Below are positions 40,820 to 50,000 of a stretch of 64,000 nucleotides of DNA, in pieces. Every line of letters begins with the position of its first letter. Positions within the stretch are counted from its first letter, which is position 1. The DNA lies in NCBI GenBank assembly GCA_000002435.2, contig CM018792.1; one strand, given 5' to 3'. Origin of the DNA: Giardia intestinalis (taxonomy: Eukaryota). The notes beneath the pieces were generated by a model that searched no databases, had not been told where the DNA came from, and was given only the letters and a program-made list of their open reading frames with translations. The translations under genes and the position numbers were made by a program.

Positions 40820-41644
40820 CTAAAGGCTCTTGAGGAGCTTATGGTCGTTTCGCGAGTCATATATCTCACAGCACAGAGCGCAGTCTGCTTTCTTTGTGTA
40901 GGGGATGGTCCGTGACACCATCTCAAAACAGTGAATGATCATCAATCTACCACATAAGGCAAGGTCTGGGAGCTTCTTGTCATCTCGATAGAGGCAGACC
41001 TTGAGGCACTCGGATGCTGCAAGGGTGCCGGCTGTTCCTGCAGCAGGACCAAATATCCCGTCGCGGTCAGAGACCTGTCGCAATTCGCGACTTGGAATGG
41101 CTCTGTAGAGACACCGGAGACACGGATACTTCTTCAACCATGGAATCACCGTCGTCAGAGTCACTGTGAACCGCACTGCTGCTGCGTGCACCAAGGGAAT
41201 GGACCTTCTGTAGGCCACCTCGGCAACAAGGAACCTCGCCTCGGGGGTGTCTGTCGTGTCGACAATGCAATCCACACGCCCTTCGAGGATCTTGGGGGCC
41301 GTCTCACGCGTGAACTTCTCTTTGCGAACAACTATCTTCACGTTGCTGTTGAGCGCTCGTAGGACCGTCTCTGCACTCTCGGCCTTGTTTATTCCGACGC
41401 GCTCTTCGTTATGGATGACCTGCCTCTGCAGATTTGTGACGTCTACCTTATCGTTGTCAACAATGATGAGCTTCCGGACTCCCGCCGCTGCAAGGTAAAG
41501 CAGACAGCTCGAAGCAACGCCCCCCGCCCCCACGACGCAAACCGTGCTTGCATGTATCCGTGCATCATTTGATGATATCTCGTGAAGTGCACGGTGTCGA
41601 GCATACCTCGGGTCAGGGCCCTCTGTCATAGGTTTAATTGTCAT
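40820..41644 (-). CDS. ThiF/MoeB-family E1-like enzyme (MOCS3/Uba4 homologue, no rhodanese domain)
   Basis: Nucleotide-binding 'VCVVGAGGVASSCLLYLAAAGVRKLIIVDNDKVDVTNLQRQ' and zinc CxxC pairs 'YPCLRCLY' and 'CALCCE', collinear with MOCS3. The track start is TTG. The first ATG is at 41644 (MTIKPMTEG...). Confidence 0.8.
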   Translation of the reverse strand: MTIKPMTEGPDPRYARHRALHEISSNDARIHASTVCVVGAGGVASSCLLYLAAAGVRKLIIVDNDKVDVTNLQRQVIHNEERVGINKAESAETVLRALNSNVKIVVRKEKFTRETAPKILEGRVDCIVDTTDTPEARFLVAEVAYRRSIPLVHAAAVRFTVTLTTVIPWLKKYPCLRCLYRAIPSRELRQVSDRDGIFGPAAGTAGTLAASECLKVCLYRDDKKLPDLALCGRLMIIHCFEMVSRTIPYTKKADCALCCEIYDSRNDHKLLKSL

Positions 41645-41686
41645 AGCGGGAGTCAAAAGAAGTTAAAAGGAGATTAAAAAACAGGG

Positions 41687-42631
41687 ATGCAGTACGACCA
41701 GCAGTCAGAAGCGAACAAAGCCAAGCTTTTGGCCATGGCCAAGCAGCACGGTAACAAGGAGTGTGCAGACTGCACCTCTCGCTCTGTCAAATGGGCGTGC
41801 TTTAACCACGGCACCTTTGTCTGTATTAAGTGCTCGGGAATACATCGGAGTCTAGGACGGCACATTTCCAAGGTCAAATCGCTCACCCTTGACAAGTGGA
41901 CTGCCGAGGAGATGGCAGGGATGCGAGGCAATTTAGCGGCTAATTCAGAATACCTGTACAACCTACCTGATGGTCTAAGTAAGCCAGACGAGAACGACGA
42001 TACAGGAAGGCGTAAGTGGATAGAGAGAAAGTATGTTAAACAGGAGTGGGCTCGCCGTCCAGACCAACCCCCGGGGCAGGGTGCTATGGAGAAGCAAGGG
42101 ATGCAGTCCACCCCTTCTCTCCCAGAGGTCTCGTCCACATCATCCATACAGACAGGACCACTTCAACCTCAAGGCCTACCGTCTCAATCGACTCTCCAGC
42201 CTCAGCTGCAGCAGACCCTGTTTTCCACGCCCCAGCAGCCGTATCAGAACGCTCCTCAGCCAACTCTTCAGTACCCTGCTCCTGGCTCTGTGTCCGGAGG
42301 TCTTCAACAGGCTGCCATCCCTGTCGCTTCACCTTATCAACTGGGCCAGCTTGCTACACCATCAACCTTACCAGGGCTTCAGCCCGCTACGCAGCAGCAG
42401 CAGAGCCATCACGAGATGATCCAGAAAATAATCGAGCAGCAGAACCAATACATGCAGCAGTATCAGCAGTATCAGCAACAGGCACAGCAAGTGCAGATAC
42501 AGCAAGCATCGCAGCAATACCAACAGCAATATTATCAACCGCAGCAGCAGGCCCTGCAGGTGCAGCCACTGCCGGTGCAGCAGCAATATCAGCAGACCCC
42601 GGCCTCTATGTACCAGCAGTTCAAGATTTAA
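41687..42631 (+). CDS. ArfGAP-domain protein with Q/P-rich C-terminus
   Basis: ArfGAP zinc finger 'CADCTSRSVKWACFNHGTFVCIKCSGIHRSLGRHISKVKSLTLDKW' (CX2CX16CX2C plus Arg finger). Glutamine-rich low-complexity tail. Confidence 0.85.
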   Translation: MQYDQQSEANKAKLLAMAKQHGNKECADCTSRSVKWACFNHGTFVCIKCSGIHRSLGRHISKVKSLTLDKWTAEEMAGMRGNLAANSEYLYNLPDGLSKPDENDDTGRRKWIERKYVKQEWARRPDQPPGQGAMEKQGMQSTPSLPEVSSTSSIQTGPLQPQGLPSQSTLQPQLQQTLFSTPQQPYQNAPQPTLQYPAPGSVSGGLQQAAIPVASPYQLGQLATPSTLPGLQPATQQQQSHHEMIQKIIEQQNQYMQQYQQYQQQAQQVQIQQASQQYQQQYYQPQQQALQVQPLPVQQQYQQTPASMYQQFKI

Positions 42632-42715
42632 TAGCATCACAGACATAAGTAAATCAACAGGTGTGTTGTGCTTCTAGCTAGATCGTTACCCTCGAGCATT
42701 TGGTAAAAATCGAGG

Positions 42716-44575
42716 ATGCTTCCCGTCATCGATCGGTTCCGAGCCGACCATGAGCTGTTTCGAGGCAATGACGTGGTTTCCTATGCAGGCACCGATGGAG
42801 TTACCCGGAAACCTGTTCGCATAACCCGTTACATGGCCTCTCCGGGTAGCAGCACGCAGATACTTAAGCAAGTTCGGTCAGTTCGCTCTAGGTTCACAAC
42901 TCACATACATGCAGTGCACCACGAGCCAAAAAGGCGGATCTTCAGCGTCGTTGAACCGGCCCCTTGTTGCACCGCTCAGTTACTAATTGATCTCTTGTAC
43001 GCTAACCCATCCGACAGGGTAGTTCTTCACGAAGAGCTGATCTGGGAGATCGCCGCCGCATCGATTACTGCACTTGGCCATCTGGCCGACCAAGGGCTAA
43101 CTCATATGGGGATTTCTCCTGGGGCGATTCACTTGACCGAAATGGGTCCTCGACTTGCTTGTCCACGACTCAGTCGCACCTTGCTCCCTGAGGATGTCCA
43201 GAACATGGACATTCAAACGCTCCAATTTACCGCCCCGGAGGTCATCGCTGGACGGGGCTACATTCCTCAATCGGACCTTTGGTCTTTGGGGGCTACTCTC
43301 TACGCTTGCTGCACCGGCAAGCCTCCTGCTATACTTCAAACAATCCGCTCTCAGGAAGCGTTAGAAACGGCATACTTTGATGTGTCGTATGACGTTGCCA
43401 GCCATGCCTCCAGCGAACTGGCTTCTCTGATTATTTCTCTGCTAGCACCGCTCGCGGGAGTCAGACCAAAACTCAGTCAGCTACGCAAGCACCCCCGAAT
43501 ACAGACAGTTATTGAGCGTCTCACCGCTCACGCCAGCTTCACGGATCAATACCTTGTTGCATTTTCAAACCTCAGAATGGCGAAGATGCTTAGAAGCACA
43601 CATGGGCTGTGCTTCTACAACCCCGATCAATTTAGCAATTACTTGTGCTTTACAGAATTGATGCGCAGCGCACTTTTTCCATGCACGATGCAGCTCCAGG
43701 AGCACACAGAAGATACCACGAAGCTCTGCGATTTGTCATCTGCTGGCCTCTCCTTTGATACTTCTCTTTTGGGGAAAAGAAATGTCTTCGGCAAAACAGC
43801 CTTACTTCTGTCAGCAGAAACACAAAACCTCCCTCTTGTCTGTGTTCTTTTGCAATACGAAAGCGCGCTGCTAGACTATCGAGGCGCCAATGTGCTGGCC
43901 ACAGTGTTATCAGAGAATTGGGAGGCAGGGATAGCACGTGTATACACACACCTAGTTGATACCTCCCCAGCCCACTTGGAGGCAGGTTATACACGGAGGG
44001 GAGACTCTACTATCTCATCATCAGATATTGAGGGGGACAACAGATACACACCTCTTATGCTTGCTGCGTTGCATAATGACATAGAGGCCGTCTGGAGATA
44101 CAGTGACAAATTCGAGGGAATGAGGGACGCCAGCGCGCGGACTGCCCTCTTTCATGCTGTGGAAAATGGCTTTCTGGCAATAGCACGGTTCTTAGCTACC
44201 CGAGAGGCGGGCCTTACCAGTGACTTCGGTAACACAGCCCTGCGTCTTTGTGCCGAGAGAAACATGCCTGCAACAGCTGCCCTGTGTTATAAAGAGGCGG
44301 GTATTCTGTACTCAGTGGACCAGGATCGCTTAACAGCCGTCGATATAGCACTCGCTAATCAGAACTATGTTGTTGCATCTGTTCTTGTCAAGCACGACGT
44401 TTCACTGAACCAGCTAGACCTTTTTCAAGCCATTGAACAACACGATATATCGACTACCTTCAGAAGACTCCTCGGCTATGTGATCTCTGGCAACTCGCTT
44501 AAGCCCCTTGTAGACCTGTTGAAGGAAAAAGATCTGACAGGTTTACTGGAGATAGTCGCTGTGTATACAGTGTAG
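42716..44575 (+). CDS. NEK-like pseudokinase fused to ankyrin repeats
   Basis: Kinase-fold C-lobe (TAPEVIAGRGYIPQSDLWSLGATLY) but 'LTHMGISPGAIHL' in place of HRDxKxxN. C-terminal ankyrin repeats (GKTALLLSAETQNLPLVCVLL, RYTPLMLAALHNDIEAV). Confidence 0.75.
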   Translation: MLPVIDRFRADHELFRGNDVVSYAGTDGVTRKPVRITRYMASPGSSTQILKQVRSVRSRFTTHIHAVHHEPKRRIFSVVEPAPCCTAQLLIDLLYANPSDRVVLHEELIWEIAAASITALGHLADQGLTHMGISPGAIHLTEMGPRLACPRLSRTLLPEDVQNMDIQTLQFTAPEVIAGRGYIPQSDLWSLGATLYACCTGKPPAILQTIRSQEALETAYFDVSYDVASHASSELASLIISLLAPLAGVRPKLSQLRKHPRIQTVIERLTAHASFTDQYLVAFSNLRMAKMLRSTHGLCFYNPDQFSNYLCFTELMRSALFPCTMQLQEHTEDTTKLCDLSSAGLSFDTSLLGKRNVFGKTALLLSAETQNLPLVCVLLQYESALLDYRGANVLATVLSENWEAGIARVYTHLVDTSPAHLEAGYTRRGDSTISSSDIEGDNRYTPLMLAALHNDIEAVWRYSDKFEGMRDASARTALFHAVENGFLAIARFLATREAGLTSDFGNTALRLCAERNMPATAALCYKEAGILYSVDQDRLTAVDIALANQNYVVASVLVKHDVSLNQLDLFQAIEQHDISTTFRRLLGYVISGNSLKPLVDLLKEKDLTGLLEIVAVYTV

Positions 44576-44621
44576 ATTTAGTACATCAGCTGTCTACCTT
44601 TTGTGATTCCTAACTAAATAT

Positions 44622-46328
44622 ATGACGAGCCTTGCTATGGGCGATACAACCCTCTGGGTGAGCGAGTCCCAGCAGGAGCTGACTGTGTGTATAACGAACC
44701 AGTTGAAGAAGCTGCAGCATGTGCGTCTCTGCAGAGAAAGCGCAGTGTTCTGGATCAATGGAGACACAATTCTTTTGGATATTGTAAGAAGCTATGTAAC
44801 ATCTTGTCCTGATGTAAGGGTCAAAGTACTTGTGCATCCAGACACATCCGAGCAGAGGGAGGAAATCACAAAAAGCTTGCCGGGTGTCAACATTTCTCTC
44901 GGGAGTTATGCAGAAAACACGAAGATTGATATCTTCTTGTTATCGCTGGATATACTGACTTGTGAGCCTCCTGTAGATCCCGGGCTGCTCAGTTCTTATT
45001 TGGAAACATTGCGAACTGCTCCAGAACGGATCCTCACAGTATTCTCTGGAGAGCGACACGAAAAACCCTGCTATCAGGCAGTGCTAGCCAGGCAGGAAGA
45101 CCAGTTCAAAATGGAAAAATATCCAAAAGTATTGTACTGTGATATCCACGCTTGTGGAGCCTTAAAGTATCTCATTTCTCAGCATACCTTAACGCACCAG
45201 ACTATGGATCAGGATCCGTTGAGAGGTTATACCTCAAATCAGAATAGCTACCACTATAGAACGATACTGACAGATCCCAGGGCAATGCACTGCAAGCTCG
45301 AGGTTCCTGATGCCATCAGAAAAGAGATATTCGCCCAGATAGCTTCACAGGTATACAGCGTTACAGACCCGTCGTTCTTTACTGGATCGCGTGTTCTACT
45401 TTTCAGCCCTCATCCAGACGACGACGTAATCGCTGCCGGTCTGGGCCTCCAGCATTTAAACACTCCAGAGATAATACTGCATATCGCATACTGTGTAGCA
45501 GGGTACAACTCTGTTGGAGACATGTATCTTGAGCATGTTCCTGAAGATCCTCTCGATCTTTGCATAGAAAAGACAAGGGTGAGGGAGGCCGAAGCGAGAA
45601 GTGCGCTCGAACTACTGGGGGTGCCTACCAATCATATCCATTTCCTTAGATTGCCATTTTATAATAGAAATTATCGCTCCAAGCGAACCTATGATCAATC
45701 GGATATACGAATTGTCATGGATATCATAGCAGAGGTAAAGCCCAATCACATCTTCATGGCCGGCGACCTCGCAGATCCTCATCAGACACACGAAGTGTGC
45801 TATAACATAATTAAAGAGGCCATAGAAGCATTGAACCCAGGACTCTACCGGCAACTTCACAGTAACTCGATTGCCCCGTTACTAGTGGAGCGTATCCAAA
45901 ACGAGGAAGTCCATTCTAACTTGAGTGTAGAGGATATTCAATCTGCTATACATGGGCCTGTGAATTTCTTACGATGCCGGGCCATTCAACCATATAATGT
46001 AGTAAAGACCGTCCGAGACACAATCAGCGCAATCACTCAAACGGACATACCGATTATTTGGCTGTACAGAGGCTCGTGGAATAGGTTCACCCTAGGAGAG
46101 GCTTCTCTAGTAATCTGTGGCACTTACGACGAGGTCTACAAAAAAGGGTGTGCCATACGGGCACATGTTTCTCAGATGGGGGAGGCTATGTTTATGGGCG
46201 GAGATACCCGCAGCTTCGATGTACGGGCGCATGAGCTGTGCACCGAGGCTGCAGCACAGCTCTCCAAGTTTATATCCAGTGCAGCCCATGGAGCCGAGTA
46301 CTATGCATGTAGTCTAGTTTTGCTATAG
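44622..46328 (+). CDS. LmbE/PIG-L-family (GlcNAc deacetylase-type) domain protein with an unknown 260-aa N-terminal extension
   Basis: 'LLFSPHPDDDVIAAG' matches the LmbE/PIG-L metal-binding motif (A)HPDDE. 568 aa. ATG at 44622. Confidence 0.65.
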   Translation: MTSLAMGDTTLWVSESQQELTVCITNQLKKLQHVRLCRESAVFWINGDTILLDIVRSYVTSCPDVRVKVLVHPDTSEQREEITKSLPGVNISLGSYAENTKIDIFLLSLDILTCEPPVDPGLLSSYLETLRTAPERILTVFSGERHEKPCYQAVLARQEDQFKMEKYPKVLYCDIHACGALKYLISQHTLTHQTMDQDPLRGYTSNQNSYHYRTILTDPRAMHCKLEVPDAIRKEIFAQIASQVYSVTDPSFFTGSRVLLFSPHPDDDVIAAGLGLQHLNTPEIILHIAYCVAGYNSVGDMYLEHVPEDPLDLCIEKTRVREAEARSALELLGVPTNHIHFLRLPFYNRNYRSKRTYDQSDIRIVMDIIAEVKPNHIFMAGDLADPHQTHEVCYNIIKEAIEALNPGLYRQLHSNSIAPLLVERIQNEEVHSNLSVEDIQSAIHGPVNFLRCRAIQPYNVVKTVRDTISAITQTDIPIIWLYRGSWNRFTLGEASLVICGTYDEVYKKGCAIRAHVSQMGEAMFMGGDTRSFDVRAHELCTEAAAQLSKFISSAAHGAEYYACSLVLL

Positions 46329-47039
46329 CTCGGTGACCAGGTAGAGAAGTTCAGCAACGAGGGAGCAAAAGTCATACTGAGCCAATCTATCAACAGCCAC
46401 CTTCATCTGGACTGCGGTAAACTTATCGCCTGATATATCACCGTTACTTTCCAACAAAGAAAGATCGGACAGAAGACTCTGTTTATCGACCGAGCCTTCG
46501 CGATTAACGAAAAGCTGCTCAATGAACTCAACTGATTGGATGTGCTTAAAATATGCAATGAACCATTGTGCTTTATCCACGATTTGATCTGGTAGCCTCT
46601 GTGAGTACGTCATGGCTTCTCCGAAAACCTGTCGCGGCCCAGAGGCCGATCCGTCGCAAACCCGACCCCGGAAGCGGGCCTTTTTGACGTTGTATGCATC
46701 TATGACGGTGTCTACCACTTTGAACGGTACGTCATGAACTACAAGTGTACAGGCATCCATCCAATCCTGCTTCGAGTGTGGCTGCAAATCTGCACACACC
46801 CGAACAAAGAGGTGAATGTAGCATTTCATATAGAGTTCCCTTTCCTTGATCTGGGACCACGAAAGCCCCTTGATCGCAGATCCCGTGGCCACCGATTTAA
46901 AAAACTCTAGCGAGGCCGCGTTGGCGTCTGCCTGGGTCTGGGGTTGTGCCGATTCCACCTTCTCGAGGTACATCTCCGTGAGCTTCGCGAGGTCGAACCG
47001 GCGGATGTACTCGTCATCGCTAAGGTGAAAGAGGTCCAT
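46323..47039 (-). CDS. Hypothetical protein, about 238 aa
   Basis: The track ORF opens on TTG (47045). The first ATG is at 47039 (MDLFHLSDDEY..., context tttttgaacATG). Its stop codon abuts the stop of the convergent LmbE gene. Confidence 0.5.
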   Translation of the reverse strand: MDLFHLSDDEYIRRFDLAKLTEMYLEKVESAQPQTQADANAASLEFFKSVATGSAIKGLSWSQIKERELYMKCYIHLFVRVCADLQPHSKQDWMDACTLVVHDVPFKVVDTVIDAYNVKKARFRGRVCDGSASGPRQVFGEAMTYSQRLPDQIVDKAQWFIAYFKHIQSVEFIEQLFVNREGSVDKQSLLSDLSLLESNGDISGDKFTAVQMKVAVDRLAQYDFCSLVAELLYLVTEL

Positions 47040-47089
47040 GTTCAAAAAATATAGTATTCAAAATTTAGTAACAAAATTCCCCGTCTCTA

Positions 47090-50000
47090 ATGGACACGAT
47101 CACGCTCATCGCAGGCTTTCTACGTCAGCATGGAGAAAACGAGCTGGCTGAGAATGTGGAGAACTGCGAGTCTCTGCGCCGAGAAACTCGAATCACAACG
47201 GACCTGGAGTTTCTCCTGAACATTTCTCGTGGGTGTGTGACTGTGGAGACCCTGGCCAATCGGTCGGCGATGATCAAAGAGCACAACATGGCTTCAACCA
47301 TCGATAAGTTTGTTATCCACCCCGTTTTCTTTGGTCGGAGAAGGGCCCTGGAGAACGAATTCCTCCTGGAGATGTTCCGGGACATAGACACTAAAGTAGA
47401 TTACCTGGGCCTTGTGCCCGTGACCTCTAAGCGCTACCGCATGTCCGTCTGCCATAAGCAGCCCTATCAACACCTTTATCTCAAGCGTATATTCCCCGCC
47501 GACCAGAAGCTCAAAGGCCTTGCGCCCGATTCTCCACCGGCCATGGGCTATGCGCGTCTGTCGAATCCATATATGGACTACTACAAGGGCGAGACGGGCT
47601 TTGCCAGGCAGATAATCCTTGGGCACAAGATTGAGAAAATACAGAGTCGTGACTTTGAGCCCCACAATATCCCGGAGAAGAAGGGGCTCGGGCTAGCCAC
47701 ACGTGGAACCATTGCAGCAGCAGAGGCCGCCGATCCGTATCCCAAGGTGCCAGTTCCGACAATGTCCGCCAGCGAGAAGCAGGTTTTGTCGCGAAAGATA
47801 ACCCCCCGTGCTCTCAAGGAGTTCATTGAGCTAAAGCGCCGCATCATTCGTCTGCTTACTCAGCGCGTTGCACCCGAAGCAGACGTAACGGTGAAGCTTC
47901 TAGATGTCTTGGGGTCCTTTAAGGGGCTTGTGGAGTCTGTTCCAACGGACGACGGAGTGCCCCTTTGGACATTTGATTGGGGAAGCGCCGTTTATTTCTC
48001 TGAACACAACATAGGCAGCGCTGCGTCAGATCTAAACGCGAGGTATATCAGGCCTCAGTCAAAGGCCATTTCGAAGCGTGCTGGTTCGCGCATAATCACA
48101 ATGCGCGCGCAACCCTCTGCTGAGAGCCCAGACCCCGGACCGGAACAACAGTATGTGGTGGAGCGGTCCTCTCACTATCCAAATGTCTTCTTCATGCGCA
48201 AGTCGCGTGCATATAGTCAGGCTTTCCAAGCATTGGTTCCCTCTGCTGCGCCGGTCACTCTTCTTCAGTCTGCCCTCAATGCCAGCAAGCGTATCGGGCC
48301 TCTAGAAGAAGATACTAGCGATACTACAACACTTAATAGCCTTGCGGCAATCCCAACTGCAGCTAGTAGTCTGCAAACAACGATGGGGCAACAGCTCTCA
48401 TCAACCCTTCAAGAGAGCCAGGGGATATTCGGTCTCAGCTCAACCAACCCCCTCCAAGTGCCATCTCAAGTGCAACCTAAGATGGGTGTTCTAGCCTCCA
48501 AAATCAGGAACCAGCATTCTCTTTCCGCCGAAGAATCACGAATGCAGGCCAGTACGAAAGAGAATAAGGATTCCATGAAGTTCAGAGTTGTTCAAAATGC
48601 CACCCCATCCACGACCAAAGTAGAAAGCGTCAACTATCGGGATCTGATCATGGAGCATCTGTCATCGCCCCAGGCAACCATAGAAGCCAAGCTTCAGAGT
48701 GCACTAACAGCAGACGAGCGGCAAAAGTTCGACTCCACCGTCCGTAGCTTTGCCGAGAAGCTCAGGGCTAAGGAACTCTCATACAGCAGTATTCTATCTA
48801 ACCTGTTTGATGGACTATCAGCGCCCTCAGGCAGCCAGGTGCAGGGATCTGGGCGGCCTGGTTCTAATTATGGCCAATCGACGTCATCTCTTCCGACAGG
48901 AATTGAGCAGTTTTCATCACGTGGAGATTCCGACACGAGGACGGACCCATCCGATCACGACTTCGACTCGGACATGGCTCTTTCTGGCAATGAGGAGTAT
49001 GAGGATATAAACCTGGGAGATGAGGACCAAGCGCAGTTTGCCGCATCAGCTGGACAGGTTTCGATAGGAAACAGTGTCTCCATGGACTCCATGATTAGGA
49101 CTACGAATGAGTTCATTAAGGCAACAAGTGCATCTGGACTGAGCGAGCAGATTGAAAGTAGTGCCCAGTCTCTTCAATCCACTGGGTCACTCCACCGCAG
49201 TGATGTCCATAGTAGCAGTGTGGGTGCTCTAGGGCATGTCGGTGCCCATCATATCCGACCGCAGAGTAGTAAAGCTGTTAGCTCTATTAGCAGCGCAATG
49301 AACATGGCGACGAGCCTCTACAGTCAGACGCAGCTGTCGACCGGAGCACCCACACAGACGGCTTCTAAAAATGGATCCTCTGATGCCCCTGCGGTTGTCT
49401 ACACCCCTGTTCCGCCGATGGCAGATGACATCACAAAGAGTTGCCTCCGCCTCGAGATTTCTGTCACATCCATGGATGTTGCAGAGGCTGGTGGCACGGC
49501 GATGTCAGGCAAGGATGAGAAGGTCTTTCAGTCGTCTGTCCCGCTTCTCCCTGTGACAGCGTACTGTGATATCAACGCGGTAATAGACACAGCAGTCAGC
49601 GGATTGGATGCTTCTGATGCAAAGAACTCTGCTAAAGACAAGTACAAGACAATTCTCCAGGTAATCCGAGGCCAATTGGACCAGACGTCGCTAATGAACA
49701 CAACTGCCTGCTCCAAGCTACCAATCTACTATAACCCGCTGCACACCGGTGCCATTGAGGTTACGACTCCCGATGACGCTGATGTTCCGTTCATAGAGGG
49801 AGAGACAATCCTAAACAGATACAAGCTTCTAAAGATGGTTGGCTCGGCAACGTTCAGTAACGTCTTTAGTTGTCTGGACCTTAAAGATAATGTCACATAC
49901 TGTTTGAAGATCATTAAACAAGAGAAGGAGTTCTTTGATCAGGCTATAGATGAGGTCCATCTGCTTGAGCTCCTCAAAGACATAGACCCCAACAATAACA

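Noticed and set aside
29021-41644. Apparent cluster of ubiquitin-pathway genes (UBR-box E3, p47/UBX, Uba4-like E1) within 12 kb
   Set aside because: This eukaryote lacks operons. The genes are on mixed strands and interspersed with unrelated genes (MAPK, ankyrin). This is most likely coincidence, not a functional cassette.
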